Position numbers and translations under genes: made by a program
Notes under the pieces: generated by a model
The model's database searches: none
What the model was told of the DNA's origin: nothing
Seen by the model: the letters and a program-made list of their open reading frames with translations, nothing else
Source: Macrostomum hystrix
Taxonomy: Eukaryota > Animalia > Platyhelminthes
DNA: 64,000 bases
Direction of reading: 5' to 3'
Assembly (NCBI GenBank): GCA_950097015.1
Contig: CATNEN010000034.1
Span: 6,758,001 to 6,822,000, forward strand
Part shown: positions 12,281-26,100 of the stretch, piece after piece
Layout of the letters: the number at the start of each line of letters is the position of its first letter
Numbering within the stretch: position 1 is the stretch's first letter

Positions 12281-14944
12281 CAGTTTAACAACATTATTTA
12301 CTGGATACAGCACAATCATTCAGCCCATTGCATTTCATTATTACTTTTTAATAGGCCTACTAAATTTAATATTCTTAACACTTTTAATTCAATTTAGGAC
12401 AGGTCCATATAAAATAATTTAATGTGAGAAAGTAAAAGATGCTAAAAATAAACAAAAAATATAACTTGTTTAATTGTTATTGCATTAGGGCCTACTCAGT
12501 TTTCAAATTGATATAGCTAATTATATATTAGAAGCCATTCAATTATATATTGAAACTATTTGGAGAAACTATTGCATATTTTATAGGGCCTATATTCATT
12601 TTAATTTAGATAAGTGTTGTTCCATGATAATAGGACAATCAATACTAGGTATACAATTATATAAATTTTAGGCTTCTTATTTGGAGCCTCTTAACAATTA
12701 CAGTGTATTGTGAAGCACAAATATAGTATCTGTGACTAGAAGTATAAAATATATTAACATCACTATCAATATCCAGCCATAATCAACTTGATTTACTTGT
12801 ACGAATACACGCCACGTGTACGCCAATATCAATATGGAAAGCAGGTTCTAAGTGTGGGTGCCAACAATCCTATCCGGATTTGTTGGACCCGTGCGTCGGC
12901 TTATGCCCTTGCACCATTATATTTATGATTCGATTTAGAAAATTTGTTATTATAAAATATAGGAAAGCAAACTGTCGAATGTGATTTTATACCGTAGTGT
13001 AGAGATACTGCCTGATAATAAACCCGGTACATACACAGCGCATAGACTGCCGAGTACACAACTCTACTCTTCAATGGCTCGAGTGAACTCTCTTAGCTAG
13101 TTATAAAAACTATGGAATGATCCGACTGCACAGCGACAAAATAAAATTGAAAGCGTGCGCTGTTAATCTTTTAGCACTCAACAAGCCGTCACGTCGTTCA
13201 GACTAACATCACACTTGAAGTAACAAGTGCTACGTACGATTTGCTGATTATTGAACAATGGCCACAGCGTTTTCGAGGATAAATTATTTTCCTGTTTGTT
13301 TTGTTGCTAAATATAAGCCAACACCTTAACATAATGTATTTTTGTTTCAGACCATTTCGTAGTATTATCGAAGTCTAATTGCTTTTTCACAACATAGCAC
13401 GTCGATTACATTGTGTTATTTTCCACCGAATCTTGTCCAGATTAGCTATAAGCATAGTTAAAATCATAGCCTATTAAATTCATATATACCAGGATAATAC
13501 TTCCTGTTTGTATAGTTTTAAGAACCAGATTTATTGTTATTTTAGGACCCACTGGTCCCGCATATTAAATTAAATCCGCTTACTTAGAGAATAGTTTCCT
13601 AAATTTTATCTGTACCCAGTTAAGAGGTGCAAAAAGCAACCAATACCTGATTTTTATTGACGGAAAACCAAGACATACTAACGAAGTATCAAATGATAAA
13701 TCCACAATGGGATTTGAAAACCTGTTGTATTCTACTCGTATTTTAAGTCCATGGCTTAACTGTATAACAAGTAGAAATTACTAAAAAGAATTTCGCACAA
13801 ACCAGCTGACAATTAAGCAAAGGCGGTAGCTTTAGATGAAGTTCTCTAATAACAGAAAACCGAGGCTTTCGACTCGTAGGGTACGGCATTTTATGAAAAA
13901 ACGGATTAAAAAAAAGTGGTGCCAACTTTTGTGCCATTTAAAAGCCACAATCGTCTAAGCGAAAACTTTGTAAAATAAGAGGCTTTCTAGGGCAATTTAA
14001 AAATAACTCTTATGCTAAACGGAGCTATAAAATAGTTTTTGCTTCTAAACACGGATTTAAGGCTGCACAGCAAGGCCTTTGCCTTTTAAGGCATCAAAAA
14101 ATTAACATATAAGATAGACAGCCAAGTCAATGAATGGTTCGTGCTTCAAAGCACTTTGCGCCACTAACTCGCTGTGTTCAGCTGTTTAGCCAAAGTGCAA
14201 GAAATGCACTACAGAGATTGATTAAAAGAAGACAACAAAATAGTCAGAAGAATGTTAAACCTTAAGCATTTTAACATAGAAACGTTGAAAACGCAACAAA
14301 TATTAGGCTTTTGTTTTGTTTCTCATGAATATTTTAGTCCATTATTATAGAACGATAGATAGTTACTTCCTACTAACAGTAGGGGAATATGAATACGGAA
14401 AAATCCTTCTTTGTGATAACCGACAGGAGAATTGCACAAAATTAAACAAATATGATTTAGACAAACCGTAAACAACTGTCACTTCATGTTTAGCAGTTGC
14501 GTTAAGATTTCGGTTTGAGGTTGACCATGTTATCCAATAACAGCTAAAAAGTTTACAGAAAAAAATAGAAAACCACACAAAATGAGGCAAGATACAAGGA
14601 ATGACCATGCATGAAGAAACTATATATACCGAGAAGTTGATGCCAAAAACAAAACTACCTGAATTTACGTATAACAACAATTCATTATCGATGAAATAAT
14701 AATTTAGCAGACAAAATTCATTCGAAAAGTGACAACACAAGAGCAAAGCAAAAATTAAAAAAGTACAAGATTTGATTTTCTAACTGTAAGAATAGATTGA
14801 CACTTATTTGCAAAATAATTGTTTCGTTAGTTGGAAAAAACTGAAAAGCAGGAGCTGAGAATTGATGCTGGTCTGGCAAACTGACAACTAAAAACTGTTT
14901 GACTGGATTGAACTGCTAACAGGTCTTCAATTGTCAAGGAAAAT

Positions 14945-15300
14945 TACCAGCTGACTTGTTGATGAAGGATTTGGGAATTAACAGCTGACTTGTTGATGAA
15001 GGATTTGGGAATTAGCAGCTGACTTGTTGATGAAGGATTTGGGAATTAACAGCTGACTTATTGATGAAGGATTTGGGAATTAACAGCTGGCTTGTTGATA
15101 AAGGATTTGGGAATTAGCAGCTGACTTGTTTATGAAGGATTTGGGAATTAACAGCTGACTTGTTTATGAAGGATTTGGGAATTAACAGCTGACTTGTTGA
15201 TGAAGGATTTGGGAATTAACAGCTGGCTTGTTGATAAAGGATTTGGGAATTAACAGCTGACTTATCGATGAAGGGTTGATAAAGGATAACAGCTGACTTA
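14945..15300. repeat. 34-bp minisatellite gatgaaggatttgggaattaacagctgacttgtt
   Basis: About 10 copies. Confidence 0.95.
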
Positions 15301-15378
15301 ACAACCGAGGCACTCTCTTTGTCTCGATAGTTTTTTTCTGAAGCAGAACTCTTTGCAAGAATAATATTTTTGCACTGT

Positions 15379-15457
<79 letters not shown>
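15379..15457. repeat. (AGCA)n microsatellite
   Basis: About 19 perfect units; a short copy lies at about 6424-6445. Confidence 0.97.
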
Positions 15458-15869
15458 TTTAACAGCAATGAGATGCCTACACAAAGAGAGAGTGTGGAGC
15501 AATAATGGTAAAAACGCTACAATGATAATGAGAGAGGCTAAACTTCTAAAAGAAGCACAGATGCAACTTTCACATTTTTACGCTTCTGCAACTTTATAAA
15601 AACTATTTTAGAAAGCGAATACAAACGTTAAAAATAGTTTGTTTTCTACACAAAAAAGTGTAATTAAGTAAAACGGAAATGAAGCTCAAAAAGCAAATCT
15701 ACTACTAATTCTACACTAGTAGAACCTAGTTCTACTTGCTTCAGTTCACTGTTAAATGGGTACCAGCATTACCCCAGTGAATACTAAATCAATACAAATA
15801 CGTATTTATAATGCTCATGGTTTCCAGTAAGTTGAAATTGGGTGATGCAAATTTTCGAGGTCGCAAGCT

Positions 15870-17028
15870 AGGGCTGATACTCGTACTTTGGGGCAGGCTG
15901 ATACTCGTACTTTGGGGCAGGCTGATACTTGTACTTTGGGGCAGGCTGATACTCGTACTTTGGGGCAGGCTGATACTCGTACTTTGGGGCAGGCTGATAC
16001 TCGTACTTTGGGGCAGGCTGATACTCGTACTTTGGGGCAGGCTGATACTTGTACTTTGGGGCAGGCTGATACTCGTACTTTGGGGCAGGCTGATACTCGT
16101 ACTTTGGGGCAGGCTGATACTCGTACTTTGGGGCAGGCTGATACTTGTACTTTAGGGCAGGCTGATACTCGTACTTTGGGGCAGGCTGATACTCGTACTT
16201 TGGGGCAGGCTGATACTTGTACTTTGGGGCAGGCTGATACTCGTACTTTGGGGCAGGCTGATACTCGTACTTTGGGGCAGGCTGATACTCGTACTTTGGG
16301 GCAGGCTGATACTCGTACTTTGGGGCAGGCTGATACTCGTACTTTGGGGCAGGCTGATACTCGTACTTTGGGGCAGGCTGATACTCGTACTTTGGGGCAG
16401 GCTGATACTCGTACTTTGGGGCAGGCTGATACTTGTACTTTGGGGCAGGCTGATACTCGTACTTTGGGGCAGGCTGATACTCGTACTTTGGGGCAGGCTG
16501 ATACTCGTACTTTGGGGCAGGCTGATACTTGTACTTTGGGGCAGGCTGATACTCGTACTTTGGGGCAGGCTGATACTCGTACTTTGGGGCAGGCTGATAC
16601 TTGTACTTTGGGGCAGGCTGATACTCGTACTTTGGGGCAGGCTGATACTCGTACTTTGGGGCAGGCTGATACTCGTACTTTGGGGCAGGCTGATACTCGT
16701 ACTTTGGGGCAGGCTGATACTCGTACTTTGGGGCAGGCTGATACTCGTACTTTGGGGCAGGCTGATACTTGTACTTTGGGGCAGGCTGATACTCGTACTT
16801 TGGGGCAGGCTGATACTCGTACTTTGGGGCAGGCTGATACTCGTACTTTGGGGCAGGCTGATACTTGTACTTTGGGGCAGGCTGATACTCGTACTTTGGG
16901 GCAGGCTGATACTCGTACTTTGGGGCAGGCTGATACTCGTACTTTGGGGCAGGCTGATACTCGTACTTTGGGGCAGGCTGATACTCGTACTTTGGGGCAG
17001 GCTGATACTCGTACTTTGGGGCAGGCTA
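15870..17028. repeat. 24-bp minisatellite ggggcaggctgatactcgtacttt, about 48 copies
   Basis: Read directly; the source of the spurious TRTLGQAD ORF. Confidence 0.97.
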
Positions 17029-17147
17029 CTGTTAAAATGTTATTTTTTTCGGACGAAAAACTGGTTTCCTAAAAGCTGAGATTGTCGTCAAAACGGCATT
17101 CCAAAGCTAAACTGACGAACTAAAATAAAAAATTACACTCAAAATCA

Positions 17148-20100
17148 TTAAGCGTCAACTTCTCCGTTCACACTCAACAGAGGAGAAGAGATTTGCACAG
17201 CAGCAGAGGCGCCGCTAACATTGTCTCCGGTCGGTCCGACCCCAGGCTGAGTCGGTGTCGCCGCTCTCGCAGGCGGCGGAGCAGCTGTGCCGCTGTCCAG
17301 GCTGGCCGTTGACAACAGGCGCGTGGCGGCAGCTCCACCGCTCAACGAATGATGCGAATGCGGACGCCGGACTCCGCCGCCGACGCCAAGCGGGACGCGT
17401 TGCTTTGGAAAATGAGCGGCGAACAGCGCAGAGAGACGCTCGTCTAGTTCTCCTGGCCCGAGGCTGGCTACGGCGCAGGTCGCACGCAAGGCGTCGGAGA
17501 TGCGCAGCAAAGCGGCGTACTGAGACTGCGACAGCTTCAGGTACTGCAGATTCTGCTTGGCCCGACAGGTGTAATCCGGCACGAACTGTTCTAGGCGGCG
17601 TAGCTCAGCTTGGTCTATGATCCGGTCAGGATAGCGTTTGTGCAGCTCCAGCACAGCTGACAGAGGGAGGGAGGGCAGCGAGTGATCATTGCAGCCCTAA
17701 TGATTGCTGGTTTCCCTTGCGAAGGATAGATACAAAATTGGTATCACATGACGCATATAATTTAATTCTTTTGTAAATAAATTCAATATAAAAAGTCACT
17801 TTTGATTAGTCCTTTTTTTTCTAATGGTGTCCTCATATATCATCTCATGGTGTCCTCATTTATCATCTTATGGTATCCTCAGTTATGATCTCATGGTATC
17901 CTCAGTTTTCATCTCATGGTGTCCTCATTTATCATCTCATGGTATCCTCAGTTATGATCTTATGGTGTCCTCAGTTTTCATCTCATGGTGTCCTCAGTTA
18001 TGATCTCACGGTGTCCTCAGTTATCATCTCATGGTGTCCTCATTTATCATCTTATGGTATCCTCAGTTATGATCTCATGGTATCCTCAGCTTTCATCTCA
18101 TGGTGTCCTCATATATCATCTCATGGTGTCCTCATTTATCATCTCATGGTATCTTCAGTTATGATCTTATGGTGTCCTCAGTTTTCATCTCATGGTGTCC
18201 TCAGTTATGATCTCATGGTGTCCTCATATATCATCTCATGGTGTCCTCAGTTATGATCTCATGGTATCCTCAGTTTTCATCTCATGGTGTCCTCAGTTAT
18301 GATCTCATGGTGTCCTCAGTTATGATCTCATGGTGTCCTTAGTTATCATCTCATGGTGTCCTCAGTAATCATCTCAAGGTGTCCTCATTTATCATCTTAT
18401 GGTATCCTCAGTTATGATCTCATGGTGTCCTCAGTTATCATCTCAAGGTGTCCTCATTTATCATCTCATGGTGTCCTCAGTTATCATCTCAAGGTGTCCT
18501 CATTTATCATCTCATGGTGTCCTCAGTTATCATCTAAAGGATGCCCTCAGTAATCATCTCATTGTTTTGATATATATATTCTCATTAATTCCTTATTTAT
18601 CATCTCATAAATTATTTATTTTGCCGAATAGGACTTTCTGAATTCTTATGTACCTGAATTAAATTTTAGATATCTTGGTACGTATCTTGATTCAGTTAGA
18701 TTTCCCATTTTCTATACGTTTCGTTGCTTGAGATTACATATCAATTCAATTTCTCAAGACCCGCAAGGACTATGCTAGTAATGAACATAATTCAGTACAG
18801 CTAACTCAATCTCGCCTAGCTCTGAAGAGGTTGTGCCCCGGGGGGGGCTTGGAACTACGCGGCAAAAGGACAGTTAAACTAAGAGATTATTCACTCAATC
18901 TTAGTACGCAACTAGCAATGAGAAATGATGCAAGCACTTTCCTTCCGACCCTATTTTTTGTGAAGCACTTTAATAAGCTGTTAAAATCAGAGAAACAAAT
19001 GAAGAATAAATGATTTACGAGTAAAAGACGGACTAACATACAAACACACCCTGAACAAATAGACACCCAGAACGGACAGACACACAGACGGACAGACACC
19101 CAGAACAGACAGACACTCAGACAGACAGACACCCAGAACGGACAGACACTCAGACAGACAGACACCCAGAACGGACAGACACACACACAGACATGCAGAC
19201 AGACACCCAGAACAGACAGACACCCAGAACAGACAGACACCCAGAACGGACAGACACACAGACGGACAGACAGACAGACACTCAGTACAGACAGACAGAC
19301 AGACATACACCCAGAACGGACAGACACACAGACGGACAGACACCCAGAACAGACAGACACACAGACAGACAGACACACAGACAGACAGGCAGACAGACAC
19401 CCAGAACAGACAGACAGGCAGACAGACACCCAGAACAGACAGACACCCAGAAAGGACAGACACACAGACAGACAGGCAGACAGACAGACAGGCAGACAGA
19501 CACCCAGAACAGACAGAAACCCAGAACGGACAGACACACAGACAGACACTCAGAACGGACAGACACACAGACAGACACTCAGAACGGACAGACACCCAGA
19601 ACAGACAGACACACAGACAGACAGACACTCAGAACGGACAGACACACAGACAGACAGGCAGACAGACACCCAGAACAGACAGACACTCAGAACGGACAGA
19701 CACACAGACAGACAGACACCCAGAACAAACAGACACACAGACAGACACCCAGAACAGACAGACACTCAGAACGGAGAGACACACAGACAGACAGGCAGAC
19801 AGACACCCAGAACAGACAGACACTCAGAACGGACAGACACACAGACAGACAGACACCCAGAACAAACAGACACACAGACAGACACCCAGAACAGACAGAC
19901 ACTCAGAACGGAGAGACACCCAGTACAAAAGGACAGAGAGAAAAACGGAGACACTCACAGGACAGAGGTTTAAAAGTCCGAAAGTGACTGAAAAGTACAT
20001 TAGCTAGCCATTTTTTCCTAGAATTAATTAGCGCTGCGAACTGCGGACTAAGTACTCGTAAGTACCAAAGTACCAAAGTATTCTACTGACGGAATTGTGC

Positions 20101-23100
20101 ATTATTTAATTAATGTCAGCATTCTCGATGAGAATACTGCAGACAGGCCTAAAAACAGAGAAATGAGACGACGGAAAGGAAAAGTGAACTCGTGTTAGCT
20201 CATCCCCATTTCGATGCGGCAGTCACCGGCGCGGGTTGAAAAGGATAAATAGAATGTCCCGCACTGGCCCGAATGCTCAAGACGGAATAAAAAGGGGCCT
20301 AGTGCCGACCACGCCCAAAATGAGAGCTCGAGGAAGATTAAGGGACGGCAGATCAGGGGAATATGATCTCGCTTATCTCTACTAAACCTAGATTTAATGC
20401 AGGCAGATAGACTCAGCTTTCTAGGTTATTTTATAAGAGGCTCGATGTGTGGCATTTTAAATATATTAATTTCTATGTATAAAGTTCAAGAAAATACGAC
20501 TATATAGCAAAACCACTTTGGCCATGGTAGATGGGATTTTAGGGATTCAACTGAGGTCACAATATATGGGATTTAAGGGATTCAACTGAGGTCACCATGT
20601 TCTATTTTAGGGATTCAACTGAGGTCACCATGTTCTATTTTAGGGATTCAACTGAGGTCACCATGTTCTATTTTAGGGATTCAACTGAGGTCACAATATA
20701 TGGGATTTAAGGGATTCAACTGAGGTCACAATATATGGGATTTTAGGGATTCAACTGAGGTCACAATATATGGGATTTAAGGGATTCAACTGAGGTCACA
20801 ATATATGGGATTTTAGGGATTCAACTGAGGTCACAATATATGGGATTTTAGGGATTCAACTGAGGTCATCATGTTCTATTTTAGGGATTCAACTGAGGTC
20901 ACAATATATGGGATTTTAGGGATTCAACTGAGGTCACAATATATGGCATTTAAGGGATTCAACTGAGGTCACAATATATGGGACTTAAGGGATTCAACTG
21001 AGGTCACAATATATGGGATTTTAGGGATTCAACTGAGGTCATCATGTTCTATTTTAGGGATTCAACTGAGGTCACAATATATGGGATTTTAGGGATTCAA
21101 CTGAGGTCACAATATATGGCATTTAAGGGATTCAACTGAGGTCACAATATATGGCATTTAAGGGATTCAACTGAGGTCACAATATATGGGATTTAAGGGA
21201 TTCAACTGAGGTCACAATCCATGGGATTTCAGGGATTCAACGGAGGTCACAATCCAATTAAAATTGAAAGAGGTCCATTTTGCCCGTGAGTAAGAGTTAT
21301 ACGTCATGAGAAACAAAAAGCTGCAATTAATGATAAAGCAAGCGACTCACCCGTGAGCGCCTTGGCGCCAAGAAAAGTAAAAGCACTGGCCTCGAACTCC
21401 AGGTCTTCAATGCCGATGCCAAGCACAGCGCGACCTTCCAACAGGTAGATGCCGAAATCGCAGGCCTGATTGCGGCGGTAGATTGTGTTGCTCTCCTCGT
21501 CTCCGTAGCTGCGGAAAGCGTTTGCAAGCTTGTAGTCTTCCCAGTGTGTCAGAGGAATAACAGTCTTCCCAGTGTGTCAGAGGAATAACAGTCTTCCCAG
21601 TGTGTCAGAGATCTAACAGTCTTCCCAGTGTGTCAGAGATCTAACAGTCTTCCCAGTGTGTCAGAGATCTAACAGTCTTCACAGTGTGTGTCAGAGATCT
21701 AACAGTCTTCCCAGTGTGTCAGAGATCTAACAGTCTTCACAGTGTGTGGTCAGAGATCTAACAGTCTTCCCAGTGTGTCAGAGATCTAACAGTCTTCCCA
21801 GTGTGTCAGAGATCTAACAGTCTTCCCAGTGTGTCAGAGATCTAACAGTCTTCCCAGTGTGTCAGAGATCTAACAGTCTTCACAGTGTGTGTCAGAGATC
21901 TAACAGTCTTCCCAGTGTGTCAGAGATCTAACAGTCTTCCCAGTGTGTCAGAGATCTAACAGTCTTCCCAGTGTGTCAGAGATCTAACAGTCTTCCCAGT
22001 GTGTCAGAGATCTAACAGTCTTCCCAGTGTGTCAGAGATCTAACAGTCTTCCCAGTGTGTCAGAGATCTAACAGTCTTCACAGTGTGTGTCAGAGATCTA
22101 ACAGTCTTCCCAGTGTGTCAGAGATCTAACAGTCTTCACAGTGTGTGTCAGAGATCTAACAGTCTTCCCAGTGTGTCAGAGATCTAACAGTCTTCACAGT
22201 GTGTGTCAGAGATCTAACAGTCTTCCCAGTGTGTGTCAGAGATCTAACAGTCTTCACAGTGTGTGTCAGAGATCTAACAGTCTTCCCAGTGTGTGTCAGA
22301 GATCTAACAGTCTTCCCAGTGTGTGTCAGAGATCTAACAGTCTTCCCAGTGTGTGTCAGAGATCTAACAGTCTTCCCAGTGTGTGTCAGAGATCTAACAG
22401 TCTTCCCAGTGTGTGTCAGAGATCTAACAGTCTTCCCAATGAGTGACTTACATGTACATGTGACGCACCAGAATGCTTTCCTCGAACATTTTCTCAAGCA
22501 CAGGTTCCAAAATGACGTTGCGTCCAAATAGGTCGCTTTGGACTGCAGTTTGATTAATAGGTCAGGGAACAGGTGCGAGATGTTTAAATGGTTTGAAAAA
22601 GACAATATTATATATAGCTCTCCAAAACCAATTAAAACAAAATTACATAATTTTAAAAGGATACTGATTGTATAACAAAAACGACACAGCTGCCCAGAAT
22701 ACAAAACGAGAATAAGTTAAAGTGTGTTAAATAGCAATTAGTCAAAACCAATTGATTGTCACATAATATAGAAAACAACAGATCAATAACAGTAAAAAAA
22801 TAACAAAATATATATTGACTACATAATCCCAATCATCACATAACAATAACTACAGAAATACAATCATAACAGAATTACAGAATTACAACTACAGTCATAA
22901 CAGATCAATAAATACGGAATTCCCATCATAACAGATCAATAAATACGGAATTCCCATCATAACAGATCAATAAATACGGAATTCCCATCATAACAGATCA
23001 ATAAATACGGAATTCCCATCATAACAGATCGATAACTGCAGGATCGCCAACATAACAGATCAATAAATACGGAATTCCCATCACAACAGATCGATAACTG

Positions 23101-26100
23101 CAGGATCCCCATCATAACACATCGATAACTGCAGGATCCCCATCATAACACATCGATAACTGCAGAATCCTCATCATAACAGATCGATAACTGCAGGATC
23201 CCCATCATAACACATCGATAACTGCAGAATCCCCATCATAACAGATCGATAACTGCAGGATCCCCATCATAACAGAACGATAACTGCAGGATCCCTATCA
23301 TAACAGATCGATAACTGCAGGATCCCCATCATAACAGATCGAAAACTGCAGAATATTAATCAATTCAGATTAAAACCCGTCAAAATTATACAGATCCCTG
23401 TCAAAACTAAAGTATCAAGCAGAAAAATATATACATTTCACTCATGAGTTCAGGCAGGTGACTCGGGACTCACGCATGGCCAGGCTATGGATGGCCGCCA
23501 GCCGTAGCTGCGCAGGTATCTGCATCCCGGAGGTGCCGCAGAAGGCCAGTTCCTTCCACATGCCCTTTAGCGCGCGAGCATTTTGCCGCGTTATGGTGGT
23601 TGCATTCTCTGCCGGTCGTGCGGAAAACAAGAATTGAAAAGCTTGTTCAGAAACGACGTATTGATAAAAAGATTCAAATGAAATAAAATCTGGGGTGAAT
23701 GGGAACAACAGGAAGGGGACAAACAGGAATGGAAAGATGGTTAGGTAAAACAGGAAGTGAAGGAAGGAGAACAGGAAGGGGAGAACAGGAAGTGGAGAAC
23801 AGGAAGTGGAGAATGGGAAGGGGAGAACAGAATGGGGAGAACAGAATGGGGAGAACAGGAAGTGGAGAACAGAAAGAAGAAAACAGAATGGGGAGAACAG
23901 AATGGGGAGAACAGAATGGGGAGAACAGGAAGTGGAGAATGGGAAGTGGAGAATGGGAAGTGGAGAATGGGAAGTGGAGAACAGGAAGTGGAGAACAGGA
24001 AGTGGAGAATGGGAAGGGGAGAACAGGAAGGGGAGAACAGAATGGGGAGAACAGAATGGGGAGAACAGGAAGTGGAGAACAGAAAGGGGAGAACAGGAAG
24101 TGGAGAACAGGAAGGGGAGAATGGGAAGTGGAGAATGGGAAGTGGAGAACAGGAAGTGGAGAACAGGAAGTGGAGAACAGGAAGTGGAGAACAGGAAGTG
24201 GAGAATGGGAAGGGGAGAACAGGAAGTGGAGAACAGAATGGGGAGAACAGGAAGTGGAGAACAGGAAGTGGAGAACAGGAAGTGGAGAATGGGAAGTGGA
24301 GAATGGGAAGTGGAGAACAGGAAGTGGAGAATGGGAAGTGGAGAATGGGAAGCGGAGAATGGGAAGTGGAGAACAGGAAGTGGAGAATGGGAAGTGGAGA
24401 ATGGGAAGGGGAGAACAGAAACAAGAAAACAGAATGGGGAGAACAGAATGGGGAGAACAGAATGGGGAGAACAGAATGGGGAGAACAGGAAGTGGAGAAC
24501 AGAAAGGGGAGAACAGGAAGTGGAGAACAGGAAGTGGAGAACAGGAAGTGGAGAAAAGGAAGTGGAGAATGGGAAGGGGAGAACAGGAAGGGGAGAACAG
24601 AATGGGGAGAACAGGAAGTGGAGAATAGGAAGTGGAGAACAGGAAGTGGAGAATGGGAAGTGGAGAATGGGAAGTGGAGAACAGGAAGGGGAGAATGGGA
24701 AGTGGAGAATGGGAAGTGGAGAACAGGAAGTGGAGAACAGGAAGTGGAGAATGGGAAGTGGAGAATGGGAAGTGGAGAACAGGAAGGGGAGAACAGGAAG
24801 TGGAGAATGGGAAGTGGAGAATGGGAAGTGGAGAACAGGAAGTGGAGAATGGGAAGTGGAGAACAGGAAGCGGAGAACAGGAAGGGGAGAACAGGAATGG
24901 GAAAAGGTATGGAAATGGGTAAGGGGAGAACGGGAAGGCTATAAGTGGGAGCGAACAATGGGATTACAAGGAGCTCACCCGGAATGTCGGTCTCGTCCTC
25001 AATCTCCTGTTGAATAATCTCCTCCAGGATATCCTCTAGTGTGACTAAACCCACGGTAACCTCGTAGGGATCCTTCTCGTTGCCCTCCTCCTCGCCAACG
25101 TGATGCTTGACAATGGCCAGGTGAATACGATTGCTAAGGAAGAGTTTGAGCGCATTGTCCAGAGTGTCAGTGTCGTACACAATCTGCAGCTGTCGATTGA
25201 AATACTCGCAGATGAGGTCGGCCCGCATTGGCGTGTCCCGATTCACAATGGTCAGGTCTTTGAAGTTCAAGATGTTAATAATATTGCTGCGCTCCTTCTC
25301 GTAGATAGGGATGCGAGTGTAGCCAGTCTCCCGGATCTGGTCTATGGTGAAGGAGTCGATCAGGGTCTCGGCCGGCAGCATGTACACATCGCTGAGTCCG
25401 CGCATCACCTCGCCGATGGTTTTGTTCTGCAGCGACAGCGCGCCAAGGATGATGTTTGCCTCGGTGCGCTCGAGGCCCTGGGCGGCTATAAACTCCTTGA
25501 GCTTGTTGCGGTCGAATACCTGCGGGGATTCATTGTATTGGTCAACTCGAGTGACATCCCAGGATTATGGATGCCTTTGTGCATTGTCTAATCCTAAAAG
25601 TGAAACATGATTCTCTGTGAACTACTGGATTTGAATAAGGAAATTACATACTTTAACAGTAGAAATACCACGCCATTTTTCCCCACGGGGAATATTTCAA
25701 ATACCCACTGGCTACTTCACGGTAGCTCCCAAACCGAATGACCGATTTTCGTGACAGTCCACCATTTCAATCAACAGTTTCCGCCCTTTACGATGAACTG
25801 ACTTTTAAAGCCGTCCGAGTCAGCATCGTCGAGATATTCAGCGATCTTCTCGGAGAACCTTGGTGACTAGGACAGCTAACATTGATCTGCACAAACCTCT
25901 TAGGCGAATCCAAATTGGTTCAAAATGAAAAAAACTACAATTTAATCAATCCAAAAGAATCAGCAATGATAGCTACATGGCTAAATGATGAAATTTCGTA
26001 AGCAGAAAATATCCGCCTATATTTGTGGTTTTTTTTGCCACCCGACACTCCGACAAGAATCGTTGAATATCTCGACGATGCCGATGTTTCGTGATTCTGG

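Noticed and set aside
15888-17072. 394-aa TRTLGQAD-repeat ORF
   Set aside because: A 24-bp minisatellite without a real ATG context; antisense to and just beyond the CNNM stop.
18815-18870. Possible hammerhead ribozyme core (ctgaagag...)
   Set aside because: No stem II followed by GAAA; the downstream motif is gaac and the helices do not form.
20150-20400. GC-richer island in the last CNNM intron as an alternative exon or ncRNA
   Set aside because: No convincing splice pair, open frame or recognisable RNA motif.
20545-21255. CRISPR-like constant repeat plus variable spacer
   Set aside because: Only two recurring linker types, no unique spacers, no cas genes, and a eukaryotic intron context.
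23699-25017. Three 300-400 aa E/G/R/W-rich ORFs
   Set aside because: A purine-rich satellite inside a CNNM intron, on the opposite strand.
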